A stretch of 64,000 bases of DNA. Origin: an uncultured Desulfobacterales bacterium. GTDB lineage: Bacteria > Desulfobacterota > Desulfobacteria > Desulfobacterales > SpSt-501. Location of the stretch: NCBI GenBank assembly GCA_938048455.1, contig CALIUY010000003.1:27206-91205 (forward strand). Reading direction: 5' to 3'. Position 1 is the stretch's first letter. Each line of letters opens with the position of its first letter. The position numbers and the translations under genes were made by a program. This document shows positions 40,257 through 49,676 of the stretch, in pieces. Below the pieces are notes generated by a model. It was not told where the DNA came from. It searched no databases and saw only the letters and a program-made list of their open reading frames with translations.

Positions 40257-41687
40257 ATGGAATTCGAGCCCGTGATCGGGCTGGAAGTTCACGCCCAGCT
40301 CAAGACGCGGACCAAGATCTTCTGCTCCTGCGCGACCGCCTTCGGCGCCCCGCCGAACACCCAGGTCTGCCCGGTGTGCCTGGGACTGCCCGGGGTGCTG
40401 CCGGTGCTGAACCGGAAGGTCGTGGACTTCGCCCTGCGCCTGGCGCTCGCCGTCTCCTGCGAAATCGCCCGCGAGAGCCGCTTCGCGCGCAAGAACTACT
40501 TCTACCCCGATCTTCCCAAGGGCTACCAGATCTCGCAGTACGAGCTGCCGATCGCCGAGCACGGCCGGCTGGAAATCGAAACCGAGGCCGGCACCCGCAC
40601 CGTGCGCATCCGCAGAATCCACCTGGAGGAGGATGCGGGAAAACTCGTGCACGACGCCCATCCGGGAAAGAGCCGGGTCGATTTCAACCGCGCCGGCGTC
40701 CCCCTGGTCGAGATCGTGAGCGAGCCCGACCTCGACTCGCCGGCCGCGGCCGGGGCCTGCCTGCGGGCGCTGCGGGCGCTGGTCCGCTGGCTCGGGATCT
40801 CCGACGGAAACCTCGAGGAGGGAAGCTTCCGTTGCGACGCGAACGTCTCCCTCAAGCCCCAAGGCAGCCCCGTCCTCGGCACCCGCACCGAGCTCAAGAA
40901 CCTGAACTCGTTTCGCTTCGTCGAGCGCGCGATCGAGCGCGAAATCGAGCGCCAGCGGGAGGTTCTAACCGAGGGGGGGGCGGTCGTCCAGGAGACCCGG
41001 CTTTACGACCCCGAGCGCGACCGCACGGTCTCCATGCGCGGCAAAGAAGAGGCGCACGACTACCGCTACTTCCCCGAGCCGGATCTGCCGCCGCTTCGGA
41101 TCGAGGAAGCCTGGATCGAGGCCGTGCGCCGCGATCTGCCCGAGCTTCCCGAGGCCCGGCGGCGGCGCTTCGCGGCGAGCTTGGGCCTTTCCCCCTACGA
41201 CGCGGGGGTGCTCACCTCCGATCGGGCGCTGGCCGATTACTTCGAGGCGGCTCTTTCCCGCTTCCCGCAGCCCAAAACGGTCGCCAACTGGGTGATGGGG
41301 CCGCTTCTCGCCCTGCTGAACGAGCGCGGCCTCGAGGCCGACGCCGCCCCGGTCGCCCCGGAGGCGCTCGCCGGGCTGCTCGCGCTCGTCGCGCAAGAAA
41401 CGATCAGCGCGAAGAGCGCGAAAGAAGTCTTCGCCGAGATGGCCGAAAGCGGCGCCGCCCCGGAGGCGGTCGTCGCCGCCCGGGGCCTCTCCCAGATCAG
41501 CGCCGAGGCCGACCTCGAGGCCATCGCCCGGGGGGTTCTCGCCCGGTGTCCCGCGGAGGTCGAAGCTTACCGGGCCGGCAAGAAGAAGCTCATGGGCTTT
41601 TTCGTGGGCGAGCTGATGAAGGAAACCCGCGGCCGGGCGAACCCCAAAACCGCAAACGAGCTCCTCGCCAGGCTTCTGAAATCCTAA
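40257..41687 (+). CDS. gatB: Asp-tRNA(Asn)/Glu-tRNA(Gln) amidotransferase subunit B
   Basis: [51 protein letters not shown]-terminal YqeY-like tail. Confidence 0.92.
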   Translation: MEFEPVIGLEVHAQLKTRTKIFCSCATAFGAPPNTQVCPVCLGLPGVLPVLNRKVVDFALRLALAVSCEIARESRFARKNYFYPDLPKGYQISQYELPIAEHGRLEIETEAGTRTVRIRRIHLEEDAGKLVHDAHPGKSRVDFNRAGVPLVEIVSEPDLDSPAAAGACLRALRALVRWLGISDGNLEEGSFRCDANVSLKPQGSPVLGTRTELKNLNSFRFVERAIEREIERQREVLTEGGAVVQETRLYDPERDRTVSMRGKEEAHDYRYFPEPDLPPLRIEEAWIEAVRRDLPELPEARRRRFAASLGLSPYDAGVLTSDRALADYFEAALSRFPQPKTVANWVMGPLLALLNERGLEADAAPVAPEALAGLLALVAQETISAKSAKEVFAEMAESGAAPEAVVAARGLSQISAEADLEAIARGVLARCPAEVEAYRAGKKKLMGFFVGELMKETRGRANPKTANELLARLLKS

Positions 41688-41744
41688 AACCTCCCGCGGC
41701 GCCGGGGCTTGCCCCGCGCCGGGGCCTTTAAGGAGTTTGCGTTC

Positions 41745-43385
41745 ATGAGCAAAAACCGTCTCGCATTCGCCGCGGCCCTGTTTTGCGCCCTCTTTCCGGC
41801 CGCTCTTTTCGCCAAGACGCTCGCCATCGTTCCTTTCAAGGTTCACGCCGACCGGGACGTGCGTTTCATGGCGGAGGGCATTTACGACATGCTGAGCACG
41901 CGCTTGCACCGCCCGGGCGAGCTCGAGGTGAAGCCGCGGGCGGCGGTCGAGCGGGGGCTCGCCGCTCTTCCCGGCGGCTTTTCCGAGGCGCGCGCCGCCG
42001 AGGCCGCCCGCGCCCTGGGGGCGGATGTTCTCGTTTTCGGAAGCCTCACCGTCCTCGGCGAGGGGGTGAGCCTCGATGTGCAGGCGATCGACGCCGCAGG
42101 CGCCCGGCCGCCGCTTTCCTTCTCCGAGCAGAGCCCCGATCCCGGGGGGATCATCGCCCGGGTCAACCGTCTGGCGGGCGAAATGCAAGCAAGTCTTCTG
42201 GGCCGGCCGGCCGCAGCCCCGGCCGCCGCTTCCCCGCAAGCCGCGGCTTCGCCGCCCTCGGCCCCGCCCGCCGCCGACGGCCAGGCCCACCCCGAAAAGC
42301 TCTTCCGCCGCCAGGGGGGGCTTGCCCCCGAGGACCGGCCCTCGCCTTTCGTCTCCGAGGATGGAGGCGGGGGGATCGAGCTTTCGCCCAAGTTCTGGCG
42401 AAGCGCCTCCTTCAAGCAGCTCTTCAACGCGCTCGCCCTGGGCGATGTGGACGGGGACGGAAAGACCGAGACCGTGATCGCCACCCAGGAAGGGCTGATC
42501 GTCCAGCGCATGGAGCAGGGGCGCTTCCATCAGGTCTACGATCTGCGCAAGGAAAATCGGGGCATCCCCGTCGCCGTCGACGTGGCCGACGTGAACGGCA
42601 ACGGCCGCCCCGAGATCTTCGTCACCGCGCTTACCCCCACCCGCCGCGCGCTCGCCTCCTACGTCCTCGAGCACGACGGCAAAGGCTTCCGCCGCCTCGC
42701 CGAGGGGCTGCCCTTCTATTTCCGCGTGTGCCGGACGCCCGAGCGCGGCGCGATCCTCCTCGGCCAGGAGCACCGGCCGGGAAGCCCGCACTCGACCCGC
42801 ATCCACGAGATGATCTGGAAAAACGGCCGCTACGAAGCGGAAGCGCGGGTTTCCGTGCCGATCGCGCTGAACGTCCTCGGCCTGACCTTCGCCCGGCTGG
42901 GCGAGGGCCCCAAGGAGTCGACCGTCGCCTTCGACCGCGAGGACTTCATCCGCGTCTTCGAGCCGGGGGGGGCCGAGGAGTGGAAAAGCGCCGAGAAGTA
43001 CGGCGGCAGCACCCTCTATTTCGCCGCCGAGCGCGCCGACCAGGGGGACATCGAAAACCCGATCTATCTTCCCATGCGGCTTCTGCCCTGGGAGGAGGAG
43101 GGCAAGGGCCGCCTGCTCGTGGTGCGCAACCACGACTGGGCGGGCCGGCGCCTGGAGCGCATGCGCTTCCTGCGCGAAAGCCAGATCTTCTCTTTCTCTT
43201 GGGACGGGCTGGGGCTCGCCCCGCAGTGGCGGACGAGAAAGATCACCGGCGCGATCCGCGACTTCGCCGTGGGCGACTTCGGAAACGAGGGCCGCCGCAC
43301 GTTGGTCGCCGCGGTCGTCCTCGAGGAAGGCCACGTCATCGGCACCGAGCCCAAGAGTGTGGTGATCGCCCTCGATTTCAAATAG
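41745..43385 (+). CDS. secreted FG-GAP/VCBS repeat protein
   Basis: ATG 41745 with AAGGAG RBS. Signal peptide. Repeats GDVDGDGKTETVI, VADVNGNGRPEIFV, VGDFGNEGRRTLV. Confidence 0.65.
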   Translation: MSKNRLAFAAALFCALFPAALFAKTLAIVPFKVHADRDVRFMAEGIYDMLSTRLHRPGELEVKPRAAVERGLAALPGGFSEARAAEAARALGADVLVFGSLTVLGEGVSLDVQAIDAAGARPPLSFSEQSPDPGGIIARVNRLAGEMQASLLGRPAAAPAAASPQAAASPPSAPPAADGQAHPEKLFRRQGGLAPEDRPSPFVSEDGGGGIELSPKFWRSASFKQLFNALALGDVDGDGKTETVIATQEGLIVQRMEQGRFHQVYDLRKENRGIPVAVDVADVNGNGRPEIFVTALTPTRRALASYVLEHDGKGFRRLAEGLPFYFRVCRTPERGAILLGQEHRPGSPHSTRIHEMIWKNGRYEAEARVSVPIALNVLGLTFARLGEGPKESTVAFDREDFIRVFEPGGAEEWKSAEKYGGSTLYFAAERADQGDIENPIYLPMRLLPWEEEGKGRLLVVRNHDWAGRRLERMRFLRESQIFSFSWDGLGLAPQWRTRKITGAIRDFAVGDFGNEGRRTLVAAVVLEEGHVIGTEPKSVVIALDFK

Positions 43386-43552
43386 AGGGCGCAAAGCAGG
43401 CGGCTTCAAGGCGCCCGCCCGCCCCTTGCCGCAACCGGCCGTCGTCTCGCTCCCGGCAGGGCAAGGCTTTCCCGCGCCCCCGGAAATCTCATCCAAGGAA
43501 GGAAAACGGGTCTTGTTCCCGGCCGCGGGATGCTTCCGCTTCTTGGGAAATG

Positions 43553-43582
43553 AAAAACCCGGGGCCGAAGCCCCGGGTTTTT
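43553..43582. terminator. bidirectional rho-independent terminator
   Basis: AAAAA-CCCGGGGC-CGAA-GCCCCGGG-TTTTT: 8-bp GC stem flanked by an A-run and a T-run, between convergent genes ending at 43385 (+) and 43620 (-). Confidence 0.85.
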
Positions 43583-43619
43583 GCGTGCAGGAGAATCGGG
43601 GGGAGAAGAAGCGGCGCGA

Positions 43620-44759
43620 TCAGAAATCGATCTGCCACTTCGCGCCGGCATACCAGCGGTAGCCGACATCGGCATCCGTGGCGGGGTCGTCGCCGAAGTC
43701 GATGTAGCCGATTTCGGGGATGAGGGAGACGCCCTTGGCGAGCGTGATCACGGCCTGGAGGTAGGTTTCCCAGGCCACCGCGTCGTCCACGCCCTTGCGG
43801 TCCGCATCGTCGTTGCGGTAGCCGAAGCCCGCCTCGAACTTGAGGGTATCGCTGAACTTGAGGCCCGCGACCAGCATCGCCGACCAGCTCTGGGCGTCGT
43901 TGGTGTCGTCGTTGGTTTTCTTGATGGTCGCGCGGGCGTAAGTGTCGCCCGAGCGGCCGGCGGCCCAGCCGGCGTTTGACCAGTTCTGGCCGTAGGCGAG
44001 CTGCGGGGCGAGGTAGAAGGCGCCGATGTTGATCATGCTGTCGATGCCGATGACGTAGGACCAGATGTCCAGATCATCGGTGAGCTTGCTCGTAGCCTCG
44101 TTGCCCTTGTCGACCTTGAAGTACTGGACACCGCCGAAGGGGCGCAGATCGAAGGTCCCGAACTTCATGAGGTAGGAGGCCTCGAGCTTGGGCAGGTTCC
44201 AGTCGACATCGCTGCCCGCCGGGGCGATGTCATAAGAAACTTTATCATCCTTTGATCCTTTAGTGTAAAGAGCGTTCGTGAGCAGGGCGATGTCGAAGGC
44301 GCCGAGGGTCAAGCCGAGCATCGCCGGCCGTTTGCCGTAGAAGTTGCCGTTTCCGAAAAGCGAGTTGTCGGTGTCGAACACCTGGCCGGAGAGGGAGCGG
44401 GTGACCGGGCTGTAGTCCTTTCCGACCTTCAGGGTGGCGTTGTCGGAGAACTTCCAGAAGCCGACGGCGCGCCGGGTGTTGACGGTGTCATCGCCGCCGT
44501 TTCCGCCGCCGGGGGCGCGCAGGGCGAGCTCGATCAGGCCGCTCACCTTGTCGGCCTTCACGCGCGCGCCGAGCCGCGAGTTGCCCTGGAAATCCCAGCG
44601 CAGGCCCCAGTCGGAGTCGTCGCCCGCTACCAAGCGATCCCCGAAATCGTCGTGGATGTAGAAGGTCGCCATGCGCTGGCTGCCAAAGAAGGACCAGTCG
44701 GCGGCCATGGCCGGCGCGGCAAACAACAACGCCGCAAAAACCGCAAGCAGTTTCTTCAT
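43620..44759 (-). CDS. outer-membrane beta-barrel porin
   Basis: Signal peptide MKKLLAVFAALLFAAPAMA. Alternating amphipathic strands. C-terminal WQIDF. ATG 44759 preferred over 44768 on RBS spacing (AAGGAGGA). Confidence 0.65.
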   Translation of the reverse strand: MKKLLAVFAALLFAAPAMAADWSFFGSQRMATFYIHDDFGDRLVAGDDSDWGLRWDFQGNSRLGARVKADKVSGLIELALRAPGGGNGGDDTVNTRRAVGFWKFSDNATLKVGKDYSPVTRSLSGQVFDTDNSLFGNGNFYGKRPAMLGLTLGAFDIALLTNALYTKGSKDDKVSYDIAPAGSDVDWNLPKLEASYLMKFGTFDLRPFGGVQYFKVDKGNEATSKLTDDLDIWSYVIGIDSMINIGAFYLAPQLAYGQNWSNAGWAAGRSGDTYARATIKKTNDDTNDAQSWSAMLVAGLKFSDTLKFEAGFGYRNDDADRKGVDDAVAWETYLQAVITLAKGVSLIPEIGYIDFGDDPATDADVGYRWYAGAKWQIDF

Positions 44760-44914
44760 CGTTTCCATCCTCCTTGAACAAGCTGTGGGAAAACCGTTTC
44801 CGAAAAACCCGATCCTTCCTGCACCTCCTTTTCCCCGGAGCGGGCGGCCCTGGGCCTCGATCCGGGGGCAAGCCTGAAGAACCCCCGGAGCCCTGGGACC
44901 GAAAATCGGGGCCG

Positions 44915-44943
44915 ATCTTATTCCGAGAGCCCCCCCCTGTCAA
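44915..44943 (-). promoter_or_regulatory. sigma-70-type promoter for the porin gene (TTGACA-17 nt-TAAGAT)
   Basis: Read on the minus strand. Implies a 5' UTR of about 150 nt. Confidence 0.45.
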
Positions 44944-44976
44944 GGGCTTTCTCTTTTTTCGATCAAAACCGAAAAT

Positions 44977-46746
44977 TTAGCCTCGCTTGAAGGCCCGCGC
45001 GATCGTCTCCTTGCCCCAGGCGAGGAAGGTCGGCCGGCCGTGCGGGCAGGTCCCGGGGTTGCCGCAGGAGTCGAGCGCGAAAAGAAGCGCCTGCATCTCG
45101 GAAAGGGAAAGCACCTGCCCGGCGCGCACGGCGCCGTGGCAGGCGGCAAGGCGCCGCAGGCGCTCTTGGGGCTCGAAGGCCGCCACCCCCCCCCCGGCCG
45201 CGCCGAGGGCGGCGGCGAACTCGGCGAGGAGGGGGGCGGCGGCGCCGGCCGCCAGCACGGCGGGAATCGCGGTCACCTTGAGCGTCGCCTCGCCGAAGGG
45301 CTCGACCTCGAAGCCCGCCTGACGGAGCACCTCAAGGTGCGGCAAAAGCGCCGCCGTCGCCCGGGCGCCGAGCTCGACCGTCTCCGGGAGCAGAAGCGCC
45401 TGCCTTTCCCCTTGCGGGGCGGCGAGTTTTTCGTAGAGGATGCGCTCGTGGGCCGCGTGCTGGTCGATCAAAACCAGCCCCTCGGAAGCCTCGCCGACGA
45501 TGTAGGCGGCATCGAGCTGCCCGAGCAGGCGCAGCCGGGAAAAAAAGCCTTTTCTTTCGAGGACCTCGATCGCGGGGACGACCGGCATGGCCGCCTCTTC
45601 CCGAGGCGGCCCAAAACCGTAGCCCGCGGGGGGCTCTTCCGGGAAGAGGATCGGAAGCGGCCGCCGCGCCGGGACGGCGGCGAAGAAAGAAGGCCGCTCG
45701 CGGACCTCGACCGCCGAAGCGGCAATGGCCGCCCTTTCCCCCCAGGCCGAAAGCCCCGCCTCGTAGAGGGCCTGGGCCGTCGCCCGGCGGACGAGCTCGT
45801 GGACCACTCCCGGCCGGGCGAAGCGCACCTCGCTTTTCGCCGGGTGCACGTTCACGTCCACCGCCCCCTCGGGGGCCTCCAGAAAAAGGACGGCGACCGG
45901 GTACTCGCCCCGGACCAGTCTTTCGGCGTAGCCCTGCAGCAGGGCGTGCTGCAGCATGCGGTCGCGCACCGCGCGGCGGCCGACGAAAAAGAAGATCCCC
46001 TCCGGCGAGCGCCGCTCGCAACCGGGGCGGCAGATCCAGCCCGAGAGGGTGTAGCCCTCGGCTGCGGCTTGGACGGAAAGCAGATCCGCCGGCCGCTCGA
46101 GCCCGGTCACGGCAAGCGCCCGCTCCCGCGGGTCGGCGGCCGCCGGAAAGCGCCTGAGGCTTTTCCCGTTGTGCGAAAGCTCGAAGTGCACTTCGGGGTG
46201 GCCGAGGGCGAGCGCGGCGATGGCCTCGCAGGCGCGCGCCGCCTCGGCGGCGGGGGATTTCAGGAACTTCCTCCGCGCCGGGGTGTTGTAGAAGAGATCG
46301 CGCACCTCGACCAGCGTCCCGGCGGGCGCCCCGGCCGCGGCGACGCCGATCCGTTTTCCGCCCTCGAGGCGGATCTCGGTTCCCTCCGCGGCGCCCGGCT
46401 CGCAGGTGACGATCCGCAGGCGGGAGACGGCGGCGATGCTGGGCAGCGCCTCGCCGCGGAAGCCTAAGGTGCGCAGGCGGAAGAGATCCTCGGCGGCCGC
46501 GATCTTGCTCGTCGCGTGCCGCTCGAGGGCGAGCAGCGCATCCTCGCCTCCCATGCCGCAGCCGTCGTCGGCGACGCGGATGAGGGCAAGCCCCCCCCCT
46601 TCGATCTCGACCGCCACCCTCTTCGCCTGCGCATCGAGGGCGTTTTCCACGAGTTCCTTCACCGCCGCGGCCGGCCGCTCGATCGCCTCGCCGGCCGCGA
46701 TGCGCGAGGCGACCTCGGGGGGAAGGACGCGGACGCGGGGCGGCAT
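44977..46746 (-). CDS. mutL: DNA mismatch repair protein MutL
   Basis: ATG 46746 within listed ORF 44977..46884. IAAGEAIERPAAAVKELVENALDA, DDGCGM, LGFRGEALPSIA. C-terminal dimerisation domain with CPHGRP. Confidence 0.92.
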   Translation of the reverse strand: MPPRVRVLPPEVASRIAAGEAIERPAAAVKELVENALDAQAKRVAVEIEGGGLALIRVADDGCGMGGEDALLALERHATSKIAAAEDLFRLRTLGFRGEALPSIAAVSRLRIVTCEPGAAEGTEIRLEGGKRIGVAAAGAPAGTLVEVRDLFYNTPARRKFLKSPAAEAARACEAIAALALGHPEVHFELSHNGKSLRRFPAAADPRERALAVTGLERPADLLSVQAAAEGYTLSGWICRPGCERRSPEGIFFFVGRRAVRDRMLQHALLQGYAERLVRGEYPVAVLFLEAPEGAVDVNVHPAKSEVRFARPGVVHELVRRATAQALYEAGLSAWGERAAIAASAVEVRERPSFFAAVPARRPLPILFPEEPPAGYGFGPPREEAAMPVVPAIEVLERKGFFSRLRLLGQLDAAYIVGEASEGLVLIDQHAAHERILYEKLAAPQGERQALLLPETVELGARATAALLPHLEVLRQAGFEVEPFGEATLKVTAIPAVLAAGAAAPLLAEFAAALGAAGGGVAAFEPQERLRRLAACHGAVRAGQVLSLSEMQALLFALDSCGNPGTCPHGRPTFLAWGKETIARAFKRG

Positions 46747-46748
46747 CT

Positions 46749-46931
46749 TCAGGCTTTCTGTTCCTTGAAGAATTTGTGCAGAAACTCGCCGTCGGCGGGC
46801 GAGAGGTTGAAGCGCACGCTCGCCTCGTCGATCAGCCTGGCGATCGGCCGGGCGGGGTCGCTTTGCCGCTCCTCGGAAATCCATTTGACCGCGCGGCGGA
46901 TGTTTTCGCCCTGGGGAAGGATGGGGGCCAT
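46749..46931 (-). CDS. small hypothetical protein (60 aa)
   Basis: Fills the gatA-mutL gap exactly; its stop is 2 nt before the mutL start. Non-repetitive, charged sequence. Confidence 0.45.
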   Translation of the reverse strand: MAPILPQGENIRRAVKWISEERQSDPARPIARLIDEASVRFNLSPADGEFLHKFFKEQKA

Positions 46932-46983
46932 GGTGCGTCTCCTTTCTCGGCGTGGTTTCGGGGGCAGGGGCGGCGCCGCATCT

Positions 46984-48441
46984 TCAGCCGGGGCGGCGTC
47001 GGAAAAGCCCTCTTTCCTCCTCGAGCGCCGCCGCCAGCCTCAGGATCGTCTCCTCGTCGAAGGCTTTTCCCATGAGCTGAAGCCCGATCGGAAGCCCCGC
47101 GGAGGAGAAGGCGCAAGGCACCGAGACCGCCGGGATCCCGGCCAGGTTCGCCGGGATGGTGAAGATGTCGGCGAGGTAAAGGGTCAGCGGGTCGGCGGTC
47201 TTTTCCCCGAGGCGGAAGGCCGGGGTGGGCGCGGTCGGGCAGGCGATGGCGTCGCATCGCCGGAAGGCCTCGGCGAAATCGCGTACGATGAGCGAGCGCA
47301 CCTGGGAGGCCTTGCCGTAGTAGGCGTCGTAGTAACCGGCCGAGAGGCAGTAGGTGCCGATCACGATGCGCCGCCGGACCTCGGGGCCGAAGTGGCGGCC
47401 GCGCGTTTTGCGGTACATGGAGAGCAGCTCCGCCTCGTCCTGCGCGCGGCGGCCGTATTTCACCCCGTCGTAGCGCGCGAGATTCGAGCTCGCCTCGGCC
47501 GGGGCGATGACATAATAGACCGCAACCGCGTAGCGCATGTGCGGCAACGAGATCTCGACCGGCTGCGCGCCCCGGCGCGCGAGGTCGGAAACCGCCTCCT
47601 CGACCGCGCGCCCCACCTCGGGGTCGAGTCCCTCGGCCGCCCGGTACTCGGCGGGGATCCCGATCTTGAGCCCTTGGATCCCTTTTTCCAGGCCGGCCGC
47701 GAAGGCGGGGACGGGCTCGCGGGCCGAGGTGGAATCGGCCGGGTCGTGCCCGGCGATCGCCTCGAGGAGGAGCGCGGCGTCTTCGACCCTCCGGCCGAAG
47801 GGCCCCACCTGGTCGAGCGAGGAGGCGAAGGCGACGAGCCCGTAGCGCGAAACCCGGCCGTAGGTCGGCTTGAGCCCCACCACCCCGCAGTGCGAGGCGG
47901 GCTGGCGGATCGAGCCGCCGGTGTCCGAGCCGAGGGCCCCCAGGCAGAGGCGCGCGGCGACCGCCGCGGCCGAGCCCCCGCTCGAGCCGCCCGGCGTACG
48001 GTCCGGGTCCCAGGGGTTGCGCGTCACCCGGAAGGCCGAGTTCTCGGTCGAGGACCCCATGGCGAACTCGTCCATGTTGAGCTTCCCCAAAAGGACCGCC
48101 CCCGCCTGCCGAAGCCTCGCGACCGCGGTGGCATCGTAGGGGGGGACGAAGTTTTCGAGGATGCGCGAGCCGCAGCTCGTGCGCACGCCGCGCGTGCACA
48201 GGACATCCTTCACGGCGAGCGGAATCCCCTCGAGGGGCCCGGCCCGGCCTGCGGCGAGCCTCTGGTCGGATGCGTCCGCGGCGGCGAGCGCCTCCTCGGC
48301 GGTCACGGTGAGAAAGGCGCCGATGCCGGGGTCGAGGGCCTCGATCCGCGACAGATGGGCCGCGGTCAGCTCGCGGGCCGAGATCTCCCGCTTCGCGAGC
48401 AGCCGGCGCGCCTCGGCGATCGTCAGTTCGTGCAGTTCCAA
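46984..48441 (-). CDS. gatA: Asp-tRNA(Asn)/Glu-tRNA(Gln) amidotransferase subunit A
   Basis: Amidase signature [13 protein letters not shown] with [12 protein letters not shown]; N-terminus [15 protein letters not shown]. Confidence 0.92.
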   Translation of the reverse strand: MELHELTIAEARRLLAKREISARELTAAHLSRIEALDPGIGAFLTVTAEEALAAADASDQRLAAGRAGPLEGIPLAVKDVLCTRGVRTSCGSRILENFVPPYDATAVARLRQAGAVLLGKLNMDEFAMGSSTENSAFRVTRNPWDPDRTPGGSSGGSAAAVAARLCLGALGSDTGGSIRQPASHCGVVGLKPTYGRVSRYGLVAFASSLDQVGPFGRRVEDAALLLEAIAGHDPADSTSAREPVPAFAAGLEKGIQGLKIGIPAEYRAAEGLDPEVGRAVEEAVSDLARRGAQPVEISLPHMRYAVAVYYVIAPAEASSNLARYDGVKYGRRAQDEAELLSMYRKTRGRHFGPEVRRRIVIGTYCLSAGYYDAYYGKASQVRSLIVRDFAEAFRRCDAIACPTAPTPAFRLGEKTADPLTLYLADIFTIPANLAGIPAVSVPCAFSSAGLPIGLQLMGKAFDEETILRLAAALEEERGLFRRRPG

Positions 48442-48476
48442 GGCCCCTTTCCTTTCCCGAGCCGGAGCGCGTTCGT

Positions 48477-48761
48477 TCAGATCACCCGCGGCACAAGGAA
48501 GCTCTCGCCGTCGGCCTCGGGGGCGTTGGCGAGCGCTTCCTGCCGCGGCAGGTGGGAGCGCTCCTCGTCCTCGCGGAAGGCGTTTTGGAGGAACCCCGCG
48601 TAGGCCGTCCCGGCCACCCCGGAGGTGTCGACCTCGCGCAGCCGGTCGATGTAGGAGAGGATCTCGCCGATCTGCCCGGCGAAGGCGTCGATTTCCTGCT
48701 CCCCGATCTCCAGGCGCGCCAGCGCGACGACGTGAAGGATTTCCTCTTTCGAGACGCCCAT
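48477..48761 (-). CDS. gatC: Asp-tRNA(Asn)/Glu-tRNA(Gln) amidotransferase subunit C
   Basis: 94 aa: [35 protein letters not shown]. Located directly upstream of gatA. Confidence 0.88.
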   Translation of the reverse strand: MGVSKEEILHVVALARLEIGEQEIDAFAGQIGEILSYIDRLREVDTSGVAGTAYAGFLQNAFREDEERSHLPRQEALANAPEADGESFLVPRVI

Positions 48762-48794
48762 GGGTTGCTCCTTAACGTTCGGCCCGGCGCGGTC

Positions 48795-49445
48795 TTATTT
48801 CGCGACCGCCTCGGCGGAAAACCCCTCCCGCCGCAGCCGCTCGACGAGGCCGCGGGCGAAGTCCCGCGTGGGGTACTCGCCCATGCGCACGCGGAAGATC
48901 TTCTCGCCCCCGGCCGAGGACACGGGCTCGACGTAGGCGGCGTAGCCGCGCTGCCGGAGCCTCGCCGCAAGGCTCCGGGCCTCCTCCTCCGAGCGCAGGG
49001 CCGCCACTTGGACGGTGAAGGTGCGCCCGGCGGTCGCCTCCGCCGGAGGCGGCGGCTTTCGTTCCGCCTCGGCCGGCCGGGGAGCCTCCCTCGGCCGGGG
49101 TTCGGGCTCGCGGGGTTTTTCGGGCGGCGCGGCCCGGGGAAGCGCCACCTTCTCCTCCGGCCCGCGGGTCAGCTGGTCGTAAAAGCCGAGCTCGGCCTTG
49201 CTCTTCATCTCCGGGCGGGCGGCGGGAACCGCTTTTTCCGCGGAGCCCCCCCGCGCGGCCGCCTCGAGAGCGCGCTGCAGACGCGTGACGTCGAACTCGA
49301 TCGGCGCCGTGCCGCGGCCGACCATCACCCCCAGAACGAACATCCCGGCCGAGACCAGAAACAGCCCCGCCGCCCAGCCGCAGAAGGCCGCCCGGCTCAA
49401 GCTGAGAAAGGGCTTTTTTTCGCCTTCTCCGGGGGATCGCGCCAT
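48795..49445 (-). CDS. SPOR domain-containing membrane protein
   Basis: ATG 49445 has AAGGAG 7 nt upstream and is preferred over 49481. TM helix, Pro/Glu-rich linker, C-terminal SPOR (FTVQVAALRSEEEARSLAARLR..FRVRMGEY). Confidence 0.7.
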   Translation of the reverse strand: MARSPGEGEKKPFLSLSRAAFCGWAAGLFLVSAGMFVLGVMVGRGTAPIEFDVTRLQRALEAAARGGSAEKAVPAARPEMKSKAELGFYDQLTRGPEEKVALPRAAPPEKPREPEPRPREAPRPAEAERKPPPPAEATAGRTFTVQVAALRSEEEARSLAARLRQRGYAAYVEPVSSAGGEKIFRVRMGEYPTRDFARGLVERLRREGFSAEAVAK

Positions 49446-49498
49446 TTCGGACTCCTTAGAGAGTTTCCCGAACCAAGTCAAGCAGCCGCTCTCCGCCC

Positions 49499-49527
49499 TT
49501 GACAGGCCGCAACCCCGGCAGTAAAGA
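49499..49527 (+). promoter_or_regulatory. possible sigma-70 promoter (TTGACA-17 nt-TAAAGA) of the nickel operon
   Basis: Consensus -35 with a weak -10. Would give a leader of about 140 nt before ATG 49677. Confidence 0.4.
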
Positions 49528-49594
49528 GTCGAGGCAAACTGCGGGCCGAAGCCCGCGAAGGCAAAAACCCTTCATTCTTTTCCGGCCGTGACGA

Positions 49595-49647
49595 GGCCGT
49601 GCGAACGGGGCGCCCGAAGGCGCCCGGAACGCACGGCCTTTTTTTTT
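49595..49647 (+). terminator. intrinsic terminator inside the 5' leader (attenuator/riboswitch expression platform candidate)
   Basis: GGCCGTGCG...(GGGCGCC-CGAA-GGCGCCC)...CGCACGGCC followed by 9 T, 30 nt before the start codon. No upstream plus-strand gene for it to terminate. The alternative hairpin 49583-49599 shares 5 nt with the terminator's 5' arm. Confidence 0.65.
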
Positions 49648-49676
49648 CGGCACAACCGACGAGGAGGAGGCCGTTC

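Noticed and set aside
40965-43496. 843-aa minus-strand ORF. The same reasoning applies to 13714..16152, 5530..7677, 20094..22046, 49572..51911, 53675..55267 and 33256..35502.
   Set aside because: All are antisense to genes with clear catalytic motifs. Their translations are low-complexity R/G/A/P-rich sequences. None has an RBS or operon logic.
43426-43662. 78-aa listed ORF between the FG-GAP and porin genes.
   Set aside because: It spans the bidirectional terminator and runs into the porin 3' end in antisense. It has no RBS.
49530-49650. Assigning the nickel-operon leader to the cobalamin or NiCo (czcD) riboswitch class.
   Set aside because: The leader has no B12-box-like sequence and is too short for a cobalamin aptamer. 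I cannot verify the NiCo four-way junction by eye. It is kept only as an unclassified attenuator.
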